From Selaginella moellendorffii (taxonomy: Eukaryota > Plantae > Lycopodiophyta), in contig NW_003314533.1 in assembly GCF_000143415.4 (NCBI RefSeq), positions 1 to 15,098 on the forward strand: DNA of 15,098 bases, in the 5' to 3' direction. Position 1 is the stretch's first letter. Each line of letters begins with the position of its first letter. The notes beneath the pieces were generated by a model, which saw only the letters and a list, made by a program, of their open reading frames with translations, was not told the DNA's origin and searched no databases. This document shows positions 1-10,404 of the stretch, in pieces. A program made the translations under genes and the position numbers.

Positions 1-1760
1 AAAAGCCCCCATACTGGGTTCAACCAGACTGGACACAGGAATTCATTGTACAAGTAGATGCATCTGATTATGCACTTGGCACTATACTTTGCCAGAGAAA
101 AACTGATAATAGAGACCATCCAATATACTATGCAAGCCGCAGACTCTCCCCACCAGAGATGAACTATACAACCACGGCAAAAGAGGCATTAGGAATGGTC
201 TATGCACTCACCAAATTTCGACATTACCTCCTTTCAAACAAAGTCAAGATCATGGTTGATCACCAAGCACTTTTACACTTACGCAACAAGACAATACTCA
301 CTGGAAGAATTGCGCAATGGTTTCTTCTACTTCAAGAATTCAACTTTGAGATTATTCTCAAGTGAGGCAAACAACATACGCTAGCTTATCTATCCCAACC
401 ACCAAAAGAGGGTGGGCGTGTCACGAAAGGCAACAATGACTTACTTGATTCACACCTTTTTAAGGCCACAACTCAAGGAATGCTCCAGGATATTTACAAA
501 TTCTTGACGACAACCAAGATCCCAAATCACTACTTCACAAACGATCAAAGGAAACAATTCGTCTTGAGGACACGACGATATTCAGTCATGGGAGGCAAAC
601 TATATAAGCTTGGACATGACAACATCTTGAGAAGATGCACAGAATCACAAGAAGAGATTAAGGATTTACTCGATGAAGCTCACGCAAGACCATCGGGAGG
701 TAATTTTGCCAAAGAAAATTACGGCCAGGAAAGTGTTACAAGCTGGATTATGGTGGCCGACACTCTGGAAAGACGCCACTCAAGATTTTCAAGAATGTGA
801 CATATGTCAAAGAACGAAGTTTCCACCGAGGAAACAAACTCAGGAACTCAATCCAACAACAGCATTGGAACCCTTCCAGCATTGGGGACTTGATTTTGTT
901 GGACCTATAGCAAGAAGTAGCAAAGGAAATCAATACATTTTGGTCGCTACCGACTATATGACAAAATGGGCAGAAGCTCTCCCACTAAAGAAAGCCACAG
1001 CAAAAAATACAGCCAGTTTCTCTATGAAACAATTATAACACGATATGGATTACCACGAGAAATTGTTACAGATCGAGGAACACATTTTCTGAATGAGACC
1101 ATTGACATTCTTGTTAAAGAATTTATCATCAACCATAAGAAGTCAACACCATATTACCCCCAGGGTAATGGACAAGCAGAATCAACAAACAAAACGCTTA
1201 AAAACATACTCAAGAAAATAGTCAAGACAAACCTTAAGGATTGGGATGAAAGAATTTATGATGCTCTTTGGGCTTACAGAACAGCCTACAAAGTTTCAAC
1301 AAATTCTACACCTTTCAAGCTTGCTTATGGCCTTGAAGCGTTAACACCACTAGAGTACACAGTACCATCCTTGAGAATGGCCATTGAACTTGAAATTAAT
1401 CAAGAAGAATCGATCAAGAAGAATCGATCAAGAAGAATCGATCAAGAAAAGACTCGCGATGCTTGAGAAACTCAATGAAGAAAGACTAAGTGCAATATGG
1501 ACAATTGAAGCAATACAAGGTAGAAGAAAAGCTTATCACGATCGCAAACAAGTCAAGAAAAACAAAGCGCATTACAAAGTAGGAGATCTTGTATTATGGT
1601 ATCGTGGCAATGTGGATAAACTTGGAAGAAAACTCGTTCATCAATGGGAAGGACCATTCAAGATTACGAGTATACAAATCCCAGGAACAGCAAAACTTGC
1701 AACTTTAGATGATGAAAAATTGCAAATCGTTAACTTGAACAAATTGAAGATTTACAAGCA
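1..1760 (+). pseudogene. pol: Ty3/gypsy LTR retrotransposon pol, 3' part (RNase H, HHCC zinc finger, DDE integrase, GPY/F module), disrupted
   Basis: Joining frames gives KAPIL..PDWTQEFIVQVDASDYALGTILCQ..IYYASRRLS..NYTTTAKEALGMVYALTKFRHYL..VDHQAL (RNase H). Then AHARPSGGNF..CDICQR (HHCC, second H lost), WGLDFVGP / IVTDRGTHF / GQAESTNK (D,D,E) and WEGPFKI (GPY/F). The RNaseH-then-integrase order is Ty3/gypsy. Lesions: frameshifts near 17, ~715, ~1020 and 1399-1448, and a TGA at 363-365. Runs off the left edge. Confidence 0.95.
1399..1448 (+). repeat. 14-bp tandem repeat (ATCAAGAAGAATCG) x3 plus a partial copy, inside integrase
   Basis: Exact units at 1399-1412, 1413-1426 and 1427-1440, then ATCAAGAA. 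Removing two units (28 bp) restores INQEESIKKRLAML and joins ORFs 966..1466 and 1384..1947. Confidence 0.95.
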
Positions 1761-1880
1761 ACCACAAGTGCTTCACACTATGGTGGAATACCAGAAATTT
1801 CAAGAGAAAACGTTCAGAGAAATCAACGAAAACACATTCGAATGCATGCAAACACTTAGAGAAAATTTGCCTCAACAAAA

Positions 1881-2306
1881 ATGGGACCTAACCCTAATCT
1901 TGGTGGCTGTGAGAAAAAAAGAGTTCTGGGCGATAGTGCATCACTAGGGGCAAACAGTGATCAAGACTGTAGCGATTCTTGGTCTGGTGAAAGCGCAGCT
2001 TCAATGAGGACTAGAGTTGGGTCAAGGGCTTCATGCTGTCCACGGGAAGAGGAAGAACCGATAGAACTCTCCGACGAGGAGAACAAGGTATGCACAGTTT
2101 TCCAAGTGGGCAATCCGGTATGGTCTCGCGATGAGACTCTTGATGCATGGCTGCAAAAGCATCAACTCTATGGCTTTTCGGTCCTGATGACAGCTACGAC
2201 AAGCACCGACCAGCAGGGAATCGAGAGGAAGATGCACGTGGAAAAATCACGATTGAAGAAGACTTTGCCAAAGCTCTTCAGCTACCGGGGGGGAGAAGAG
2301 CATTAA
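1881..2306 (+). pseudogene. Possible additional ORF 3' of pol in the gypsy element, truncated
   Basis: 141-aa ATG-started ORF overlapping the pol tail, with an acidic stretch (EEEEPIELSDEE) followed by WSRDETLDAWLQKHQLYGF. It ends at a purine run (GGGGGGGAGAAGAG, 2287-2300) that may be the PPT. No family recognised with certainty. Confidence 0.35.
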
Positions 2307-2932
2307 AACATTTCTCATGTTTGAGTGAGTGTTGAGGGAGGTGCAATTGTATTAGCATTTAAATGAATTAAGTGCCAAGTTTGAGTTAGTTATATTCTAG
2401 ATTACAGTATTTAATAGGGGTTGGGCTTTGGCTTTTCCTTAAAACGTGATTTAATTGTAGACTATGTTAACTTTACCAGAGGAAGAGTTAGTGATCAATA
2501 TTGAAGTGATTGAATTTTTATTAGATTTGAGTTGAGGATATATTAATCATTGATGATTCTTTTTATACTTGTTATAAAGTGAGTTATGTTTTGCCATAGA
2601 AGATAAATTCATGGAAAATCGTTCGGTGGTCATTTGTGGAGCATAGCTTTATTGTGTTTGGCTTTTGGATTAATGCAAACATACTCTTCATTAGCTTTAG
2701 TATTATGATGTTTGGCTTTTGGATATGTTAAAGAGGATGTTGTGGGTTATGTTATAATTTCTTCTTTGGCATTGAAATTAGTTCATGCAAGACTCGTAAT
2801 CATTATTAGGCAAGACTTGGCTATAAGTTTTTTCAAGCTTTTGATTCTTTGCATTTTATACTCATTTGTTCCATTTATTAAAAGTTGCTAGGAAAAACAT
2901 TTTGGCTTATTAACTTTGATGTTGAAATTAAT

Positions 2933-3231
2933 TGTAGCACACCTGAATTTGGAGCAGCCCACTATGCTATGAAACAAGGGTTTGGTACACTCACAATCCC
3001 ACGAGCACTAGCTCTCTATATCCAACACCGATATGCTAAATGGTGTCTAGCATAATTTCGGCATATCGGTGGCCTAACGCGAGGAGGAGGGTACCCCACC
3101 GACTAGAGCAATGTGGAGCTTAGGCTTAGACCCAAGCTAGATGCAAAACAAAGAGTGACACAGCCCAGCGAAAGCTAAACTAATGTCTCAGGTGGTTGGA
3201 CATGCATTCCAACCACTATCCTTAATATACA
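2933..3231 (-). mobile_element. LTR-like repeat, copy A
   Basis: TG...CA ends. Aligns by eye throughout with 3795-4111 (roughly 70-75% identity, estimated). Preceded on the minus strand by GGGGGTTCCAAA (3243-3232). Confidence 0.7.
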
Positions 3232-3781
3232 TTTGGAACCCCCTATAGACCCCCCCCATGCTTTGAGGAACATATGCTTTGGGTTTTCACCCTTAGCCAC
3301 CCTTAGTACCAAGAGTTAGTTTTTGAGACTAACTCAAAACTTATTAAATATGGAATGGCGCTAAATTGTGAATTTGGACATGGGACAAACACCATTATGT
3401 TCAAAACAATCTCTACATTCTATAGATATGCCAAATTAGCAAATCTAGACACTTTCCATAATTAGCTAATAGAACGGAATAAGACCAACACAAAGGGTAT
3501 GATAGCAAGCATGTTTGGCAAACACAGTAAGTTATCATCTAAGAAATATTGAGGGACAGATCTCAATATCGCAGGAGTTCCTAACGCTAGCAAGTGCAAG
3601 CCAACAATATGAGTTTCTCATCACCGTGTCAAATATATTTGACTTAGGATTTCTTTCCTTAGTACCCTTCCGGTCTAAGTGCACATATGCTGACCAATTT
3701 CTCAAGTAATTTGGGTGGAGACCATAAAGGGAATCAGCAGTACCGACCTCCTTCTATGGCTAGGAATTGTTAAAGTAATTC

Positions 3782-4111
3782 CTCTTATACCAAATGTAAT
3801 GCACTTGAATTTAGAGCTAAACTTCGAGCTCATTGCACTATAAAATAAGGGTCTAGTACACTCTCAATCCTATGAGCACCAGCTCCCCAACACCTTCTCC
3901 TCGTATCCAGCACCTGTATGCAAAGTAGTGTCAAACAATGTCAAATATAATTTCACTATACTAGTAAGTGGTACCCTATTGACTAGCATAATATGGAGAT
4001 TGAGATTAGACTCAAGTTGGATGTAGAACAAGGAGTGACATAGCCCAATTGAAGCTAAATTAATATCTTATGTGGTTGGCCATGCAATCTAACCACTATC
4101 CCTACTATACA
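3782..4111 (-). mobile_element. LTR-like repeat, copy B (3795-4111) with adjacent tRNA-iMet PBS (3782-3792)
   Basis: Minus strand reads ...ATTACA-TT-TGGTATAAGAG, one mismatch from the canonical TGGTATCAGAG PBS. Homologous to copy A. Confidence 0.75.
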
Positions 4112-4149
4112 TTTGGATTCTCTTATGAGGCTTTAGATACTCATTTAGG

Positions 4150-5650
4150 AGTAAATAAACCTCCAGCCCACATAGCGTGAAGTAGTAATCCTAGTGGTTG
4201 ATAACCACAATGACCAAGATCTCCTCTGTCCCAACCAGTAAATCCCAGATGAACCCCAAGGTATGCATAGGTTCACCACTTGCACCAATAACCATTGCTG
4301 GTTTGAGCTCCACCAAATGCTCCAACTTGAGGCATTTTACAACTTTGTAGTTAAGGACAAACAAAATTTAGCAATGCCTCAATCTTCTGGCCATAAATCA
4401 CTATTTCCATGGTCATATGAGGTTATATTGGATTATCCTTCTCAAACATAGTGAAAACACCAATCTTTTCACTCTGAGTCTTCTTTTATTCAGCCTTGGC
4501 TCTATGCTGATCTTCATCCACTTGCTTCACAAGTAGTTTTAGGGCTCTCCAGCCATCATTAGTAGTGAGAATTTTCTGGAGCTTTACAAGAGATTCCTTG
4601 ATATACTTTGTCATTTCTTTAATTTCAGGCTTCAGTTCCTTTGGAGGAAGCTTTATCCCTTCTTCCACAGCCTTGGGCTTCTTAGCTACAGCCCTCCTAT
4701 TACATTCATTCATTCTTCTTTGCCATTCTCAAGTGTAAATTACATACAATTGCAAATCATCTTTCTTGTTGTGCTCAAAATCTAGCTCATCTATCTCTTC
4801 CAGCTCCACATTATTAGCCTCATTGAGTTCCTTGGTCATGACCATGTTAGAAATTGGATTCCTCTAGTTAAGGGGGTAATCCCTAGCCCAATGATCCTCT
4901 TCACACTTGAAACATTTATGTTGCCTATTGCTCTAGCTTTGATTCACCACCTTTTTACCAAAGGCTGCCATCTGGTGGTTCATTTTGGTAAGTTAGGCTT
5001 TTATCTCTTGTATTAGGGTTGTGGTCAAGATTTTGACCTTCTCATGCAACTTTTTTGCAATAGCATCTTCCATATTCTTTGACTAGTCTATGGATTCCAC
5101 TACCTTGTTTGCCTTAGGAATCTCCATCTCATAGAAGCATTCTCGGAGTTCAAACTCAATTACCTATGTTACTACCTATACATGTGATTCTTGTAAAGTG
5201 TTTTTCATATGATCCCTCAATGAAGTCCTCAATCCCCCCCATAAAATACTCATTGAGATGCTAATTAGTGACTATAGACTATTAGTGACTAAACCCTAAT
5301 TGCATTGCAAGCCAATTTAGAGCATCTGCAAAAGTCTGGACAGTCTCACCATCCTTCTTAGTCTTTGTGGCAAGCTCATTCGAGAGTCTTTGACTATCCA
5401 AGCTGAGAAACCAATCTCCAAATTCCATTCAAACAAGTTATGCCCAATCTCGCATCCCTTTGGATGCCCTAGAAACTCTTCCTTTGAGGAATTCCACCAA
5501 ACCCTGATTGGTTTAATGAACATTGCACTTTTAGACCATAACAAAATGTTGTAGGCTAACCAACCATTTACATGTATTTTTATAGAGAGGGTTGCCAACT
5601 AATCTTGATTCTTATATGGTTTACCATCTTCTTTGAAGTTAGATAGTTTG
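4150..5650 (-). pseudogene. gag: Heavily decayed gag and aspartic protease of an LTR retrotransposon (may extend to ~6480)
   Basis: Minus-strand fragments: IRVWWNS..KEEFLG (gag-like, ~5470-5510); KCFKCEEDHWARDYP (zinc knuckle with last Cys changed to Tyr, ~4875-4917); IYGQKIEALLNF (degenerate ALLD(S/T)G, ~4365-4400); MVIGASGEPMHTLG. Many stops and frameshifts. Confidence 0.7.
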
Positions 5651-6481
5651 AACTTGCCAAAGATAGTAGCATGTCATTTACATGGTGTAGCATGAACTCT
5701 TAACCCTCTGAACATCCTAGGAGGATGAATCAATAGTCCTTTATAAACAGACGCTCCAAACATAGAACTGTATCTTTTTGGTGAACATTTGGGTATTTAC
5801 TCAATTCAATTCTTCTATGCCCTAACAAAAACAAAGGTTCCCCTGTCAAGGAATTTAAAGGCATTCCCCAAGTCCCTTCAGCCCCCTCAGTTGCAGTCTA
5901 ATTGGTTAATATGGATGCCTTACCTTTTAGTCAAGGCGTTTGACATCTTTACTGTTGGAACTTTCTAGATGATTCAATGGTGGAGACTGCGATTTTCATC
6001 CCCCATAGTCATTGCATTCATCTTCACAGCCAAATTTTGAAGGAGCCTCATGATTCCATCCACTTCCACCTAGAGGAACCTCTTGCTGTGGCATTATGAA
6101 GTTGCTCTGTCCTCAACTTCCTTTGCCAAATGCTAGTTGGAATCCATGCCTTCTTCCTCTATGAGGCTCTTTAGCCATATGGAAGGATATAAAATCATCA
6201 TGTGATAACTTTTTTTGGTTCACTATAAATCCCTGATTTTGGAATTCTTCTTCATTAAAGAATCTAGTGCCTCAACCACCCTTTGTGGTTGTTTGAAGCC
6301 TTTTTGGTAGCTCTTGGAAAGTTGGGGAGGTCCTTAGCATTTCACCAATCCTTCTAGCAGTCTAGCTCTTGGTATGGCTATTGCTAGTGATACAGCTGTA
6401 ACTCTTATTGAAAGCTAGATAGAATCCTCTTGCCATTTCCTCTTTGGCCCATTCTTTCTTATTAATGTCTGCCCAAGTGCG

Positions 6482-7325
6482 TCACTCAAGTTTCCTCCAA
6501 GAACCACAAGAAATTGGATGAAACCCATCAAAGATGGCCAAAAAACATGAGAAAAAAATGTTTGCTATAGTGTCAGCATTGGAACATTCACTTTTGTTGT
6601 CTATAATAATGCTTCCCACTGATCCATTCCAAAATGTAATAGGCCATTGTCCTCGATTTTGTGGGCTTATATAAAGCAAATGCAGCTGCATAGGAATACA
6701 GTGTGCTAGAGTGGGATGTAAGAAGATTATGATACAGGGATATCTTGTATATGACACTACGAATGAGTCCTATGTGGCATATAACTGAAGTAGGGTCATG
6801 ACTATTCGTTTTGGCCAAAGACCTGCTTTGTACATTTCTTATAGACACTTTTGAATGAAGAGCTTAGATTAGAAAATGAGGAGACTCGGGATACCTTACA
6901 ATTGGTATCAGAGGTGTAAGAAGATTATGATACAGGGATATCTTGTATATGACACCATGTACGAGTTCTACCTGGCATATAGCTGAAGTAGGGTCACGAC
7001 TATTTCTTTTGGCCAAAGGCCTGGCTTATAACATTTTTTATAGACACTTTTGAATGAAGAGCTTAGATTAGAAAATGAGGAGACTCAGGATAGCTTCCAC
7101 GGGATCCCTGATGCCCAACTTCAGCATCTTTTGGCAGAGTACCGATACCATCTTTGCATCAGGGAGCTGGAACTCAAATTCCCTGACCACATCATTGTTT
7201 TCACAAACGAAGGCAGTGCACATCTGCCAATCCTTACTCAGATCAGAGAGGATCATCGTTATGGTGTACATATTCAAATACATTGTAAATCCCCTCCATC
7301 TTACCATATACGTTTGTGGCCTCAT
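6482..7325 (-). pseudogene. Unidentified reading frame interrupted by the mini-LTR element
   Basis: Removing the element plus one TSD fuses ORF 7068..7325 and ORF 6482..6757 in frame: ...MVSVLCQKMLKLGIRDP|TLAHCIPMQLHLLYISPQNRGQWPITFWNG... Product not recognised. Confidence 0.45.
6717..7099 (+). mobile_element. Ultra-short TRIM-like element: LTR (6717-6900), 14-bp internal region with PBS, LTR (6915-7099)
   Basis: Two 184/185-bp direct repeats with about 20 differences by manual count. LTR1 has TGTAAG...CTTACA inverted ends. Internal ATTGGTATCAGAGG contains a perfect iMet PBS (6903-6913). Flanks TGGGA (6712-6716) and CGGGA (7100-7104) form a 5-bp TSD with one mismatch. Confidence 0.9.
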
Positions 7326-7740
7326 GAAACCAATCTGGATAGTTGGCGTTTGCCAGCAGTGGCAAGGGCATCCTTCCCCTGTGTTTCTTCCACATGGGGG
7401 AGGTAGTCAAGTCTGTCATACCCACGCTTCTCATGACGTTCCTGGCTGCCAACAGAACCAGATTCTCGCCTATTTCTATGGTAGAACTGCCACTCAGTAC
7501 CTATCCAACACCTGCCTCTATGACCGAAACTCCCCGCTTTGCTGAAAGATACATCCCATCCCGAAATAGCAGACTCCTTCTCCAGCTCATTAACTCCGTT
7601 TTCCATTCTCCTATTCAGCACCTGCATTTCACAAGATTTGGAATCAGCTCTATCAGGCAAGCAGATAAATTTAAGATGCTACTTGAAATGACCAGCAGTG
7701 TAGCACCATTTGCTAAGGCTGCTATAACTGAGGAACTTAC

Positions 7741-8296
7741 CTCTGCATTCCTTGCTTAACGTAAGGGCTGGCATTTTCCAATTGTAGGTATTCTTGGTGC
7801 TTGCTGATCTTCAGGCATCTCCTTTTTATGTTGCTTGTGGGTATACTTCCTGAGATGCTAGTCATGTAAGTACTACCTCCACTTCTGTTGCATGTCTAAA
7901 GGGACTACAAACTATATACGAAAGCATTATGGTTCTTACCGGGCAAACTTTCTTGGCAGCTGGTTGTTTGTCAAGGTCATTCTGCTGCAGTCAGGAAGCA
8001 TATCCAGACACCATAGTACTGTTTGTGCTGCAGTGAACGATCTCCAGTGAGGATCATTAACAAGCAATTTGTTTGGTTCTCACTGGATGAACTATTCCAG
8101 CGTGTAATCAATCACCATATGATAAAAACTAACATGTGTTTGGGAAGTCCACTGTTGGAAGCATCAAGCCGCTAAATGGTTTACCCTGTTGTAAAATGGG
8201 AGAAAGTGGTATATATAGTGGTATATATATATAGAGGATGAAATGCAGCCATACCTGGTAGATTGAGGATTCAGAGGTCCACTGCTAGAAGCATCG
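7741..8296 (-). other. Cluster of putative small spliced exons (8296-8255, 7984-7940, 7849-7741)
   Basis: Minus-strand splice signals: ttttttttactatggcAG|...CAG|GTATGG; ctgactgcAG|...CCG|GTAAGA; catctcAG|...GAG|GTAAGT. One implied intron is 90 nt (7939-7850). I could not assemble a consistent long reading frame. Confidence 0.4.
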
Positions 8297-8431
8297 CTGC
8301 CATAGTAAAAAAAATTTCAAAGCTTACAACCGCAAAAATAATAAAATGTTGAGAATATGAACTCTGGAAAATGAAAGAGCTCGGCTGCTATAAATTCAAC
8401 AACTTTGTTGTCAGAATGGCATCCAATGCTT

Positions 8432-10369
8432 TTAGATTGCAAAGTCATCGTCATCGTCTTCATATAGGTGATCTTGAAGATCCGGCCTTGCCTGATAAAG
8501 ATAGCTTGGATAGCTTCTGGCTGCATCACGCTGAACACAATGCCAATCCGATGTACCCTGCACGCACTCTATGTTCCACCTATTCCCATCTGGAAGGTAC
8601 TGAACGAACCAGCATTTAACGAGAGGGAATCGTTGGCTCTGCTCTCGAATCACAGGCTTAGGATCAGGAACGTCTCCATAAGCGAAGTAGATGTAGTTCA
8701 TCTCACTGTGAAAAAGGCACCTGTACCTCTCGCTCTTCTCGATATGCTTGATTATAGACTCCTTGTTCCCAACTCCCTGCAGTTCGAATGCGACGGGAGG
8801 AGATCCGGCATTTCTCAAGAAAAAATCCACACGAACTCTTTTTTGGCCATGTTTATCCCTCTTCTTGGCTTCAACGAGAATGACGTACTTGTGTTTGATG
8901 TAGCCTTTCTCCAAGACAAACTTGAGAGCTAAGAGTAACTCAGACTGCCATATGTATTCAGAAGGCTGGCTGTTAGCCTCCATCGCCAAACGGTGCGGTT
9001 TAATGAAGACAACCGCAGCCTGTACCGCTTCCTCGAATGTCTCAATTGCAGGCAGCGCTTCCTCATAAGAGAACCCACAATCCCTTAGAAAAACCGCCAA
9101 TAGCATGCTTGAGCTCAGGTCCACCATTCCGCCAGCTTGACGAATGAGCATACCATCGTTGATGGCGGGCAGCACATCCACCAACTTGGGTGCAACAGAG
9201 CCTCCCGAACCAACACATTCCAGTACGAGGCCTCTTAGTTCGGCTGGGTACTTGGTAAAGTTTCCCATGATCCTATAGTAGACCTTCGAGCCAAAGACAT
9301 GACCGACAACACGGCCCAGCCTCACCGCGCCCTTCCACTTCACCACCGTGCAAATGCTCTTGTTCTCCAAGTACTCACAGCACGCTCCCACCATTCCCTT
9401 GTAACCGTTGGTCTGCTCGTGAATGCTGATGGCAATCTTCTTTACTGCCGCTTCGGTCCCTGTGCTTCGGCCGTCACCCCTGGTAAAGATTACTCCACGT
9501 TCCTGTGCATACTCGCGGAGCATTCCAACAATCTGGTCCACTGTCAAAAACTCCAAAGAGCGCGTGTCCTCAAAGCTTAAGGGAGAAATATTGTGCACAT
9601 TGTACAAAGGGTTGTAAGAATCGTGGGTCCGAGAAGGAGATGATGGCTCGCACGCAAGACCTCCACCAGGATGCGTAGCCATCCTGGCTCGTCTCTGGAC
9701 TTGAAGAAGCCTTTTAGTCTTGGCAGTTCCCACCAACACTAAACTGCGAAGATAGTAACTACCTGCTGTTTTACGCCTTGATTTGCATCCTTGCTTGATG
9801 GCTCGCATGCCAGTGAGGAAGGAGCTAACAACAGTTGCCCTCTCTATATCGTTGAGGAGCGCAGCCTCGTCTATAAACCAGACAACTTCTCTTTTTGGAC
9901 AAGAGGGGGGATTCTGGAACATTGCCTGCACCTGTTCCATGCCACCTGCTGCATCCGTCCTCTTCACAAGTCCGTTACTATCCCGCTCGATAGACTCAGT
10001 CAGCAGCCGGAAGAATTGCTTTGAGCCTTCCATATCGTTGCTCGCATCATTCGCAGCAGCTACCATGCCCTCGGTGAGCGTGGTTACAATAACACCATAA
10101 CCCTGGCTTTCTACAGCATCCGCTACGGCATACATCAATGACGACTTCCCCGACTGGAACGGACCTGTGATCAGCAGCCACCTCCAGCGCTCAATCATCT
10201 GTTGGACCAGACCGTCTATATACTCCCATGGCACATAGTAATTCACATCCGTGCTGATTGCATCCGAAGATGAGAAATGACGATCGCGCCTGTACCTTTT
10301 GGTAGTGCCATGTGGGGATTCGCATTGCTTCCGCTTACCGTCTGCTGCTTGTGCTACTGCTTCCGCCAT
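8432..10369 (-). CDS. P-loop NTPase (AAA-like/STAND-type) fused to a C-terminal restriction-endonuclease-fold domain; Crinkler/CR-effector-like; 645 aa
   Basis: Uninterrupted ORF. Walker A LLITGPFQSGKS (core 10165-10142), Walker B VVWFIDE (9886-9866), and a pre-P-loop F...D...YYVP motif. The C-terminal SEYIWQSEL..ILVE..RVRVDFFL..PVAFELQ pattern resembles PD-(D/E)xK cores. The track start at 10450 is a TTG; the first ATG (10369) lies in the context GGCGGCG-ATG-GCG. Confidence 0.85.
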   Translation of the reverse strand: MAEAVAQAADGKRKQCESPHGTTKRYRRDRHFSSSDAISTDVNYYVPWEYIDGLVQQMIERWRWLLITGPFQSGKSSLMYAVADAVESQGYGVIVTTLTEGMVAAANDASNDMEGSKQFFRLLTESIERDSNGLVKRTDAAGGMEQVQAMFQNPPSCPKREVVWFIDEAALLNDIERATVVSSFLTGMRAIKQGCKSRRKTAGSYYLRSLVLVGTAKTKRLLQVQRRARMATHPGGGLACEPSSPSRTHDSYNPLYNVHNISPLSFEDTRSLEFLTVDQIVGMLREYAQERGVIFTRGDGRSTGTEAAVKKIAISIHEQTNGYKGMVGACCEYLENKSICTVVKWKGAVRLGRVVGHVFGSKVYYRIMGNFTKYPAELRGLVLECVGSGGSVAPKLVDVLPAINDGMLIRQAGGMVDLSSSMLLAVFLRDCGFSYEEALPAIETFEEAVQAAVVFIKPHRLAMEANSQPSEYIWQSELLLALKFVLEKGYIKHKYVILVEAKKRDKHGQKRVRVDFFLRNAGSPPVAFELQGVGNKESIIKHIEKSERYRCLFHSEMNYIYFAYGDVPDPKPVIREQSQRFPLVKCWFVQYLPDGNRWNIECVQGTSDWHCVQRDAARSYPSYLYQARPDLQDHLYEDDDDDFAI

Positions 10370-10384
10370 CGCCGCCTGCGCCAC

Positions 10385-10404
10385 AACCCTAACCCTGAAC
10401 CTAA
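10385..10404 (-). promoter_or_regulatory. Telo-box-like repeats just upstream of the NTPase-nuclease start codon
   Basis: Plus strand AACCCT-AACCCT-GAACCT-AA, 16-35 nt upstream of ATG 10369. Similar to, but not a perfect match for, the plant telo-box AAACCCTA. Confidence 0.4.

Noticed and set aside
5289-5299. CTAAACCCTAA telomere-like oligo (similarly CCTAACCCTAA at 1887-1897)
   Set aside because: Isolated short matches inside decayed retroelement sequence, compatible with chance.
6717-7099. CRISPR-like or simple tandem duplication
   Set aside because: Two long repeats with TG..CA ends, a PBS and a TSD identify an LTR structure; no repeat-spacer array or cas genes.
7100-7625. Possible degenerate PPR gene (LCQKMLKLGIRDP, NVYGKMEG..VFE)
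   Set aside because: Only fragmentary resemblance, with no 31-36-aa periodicity that I could establish.
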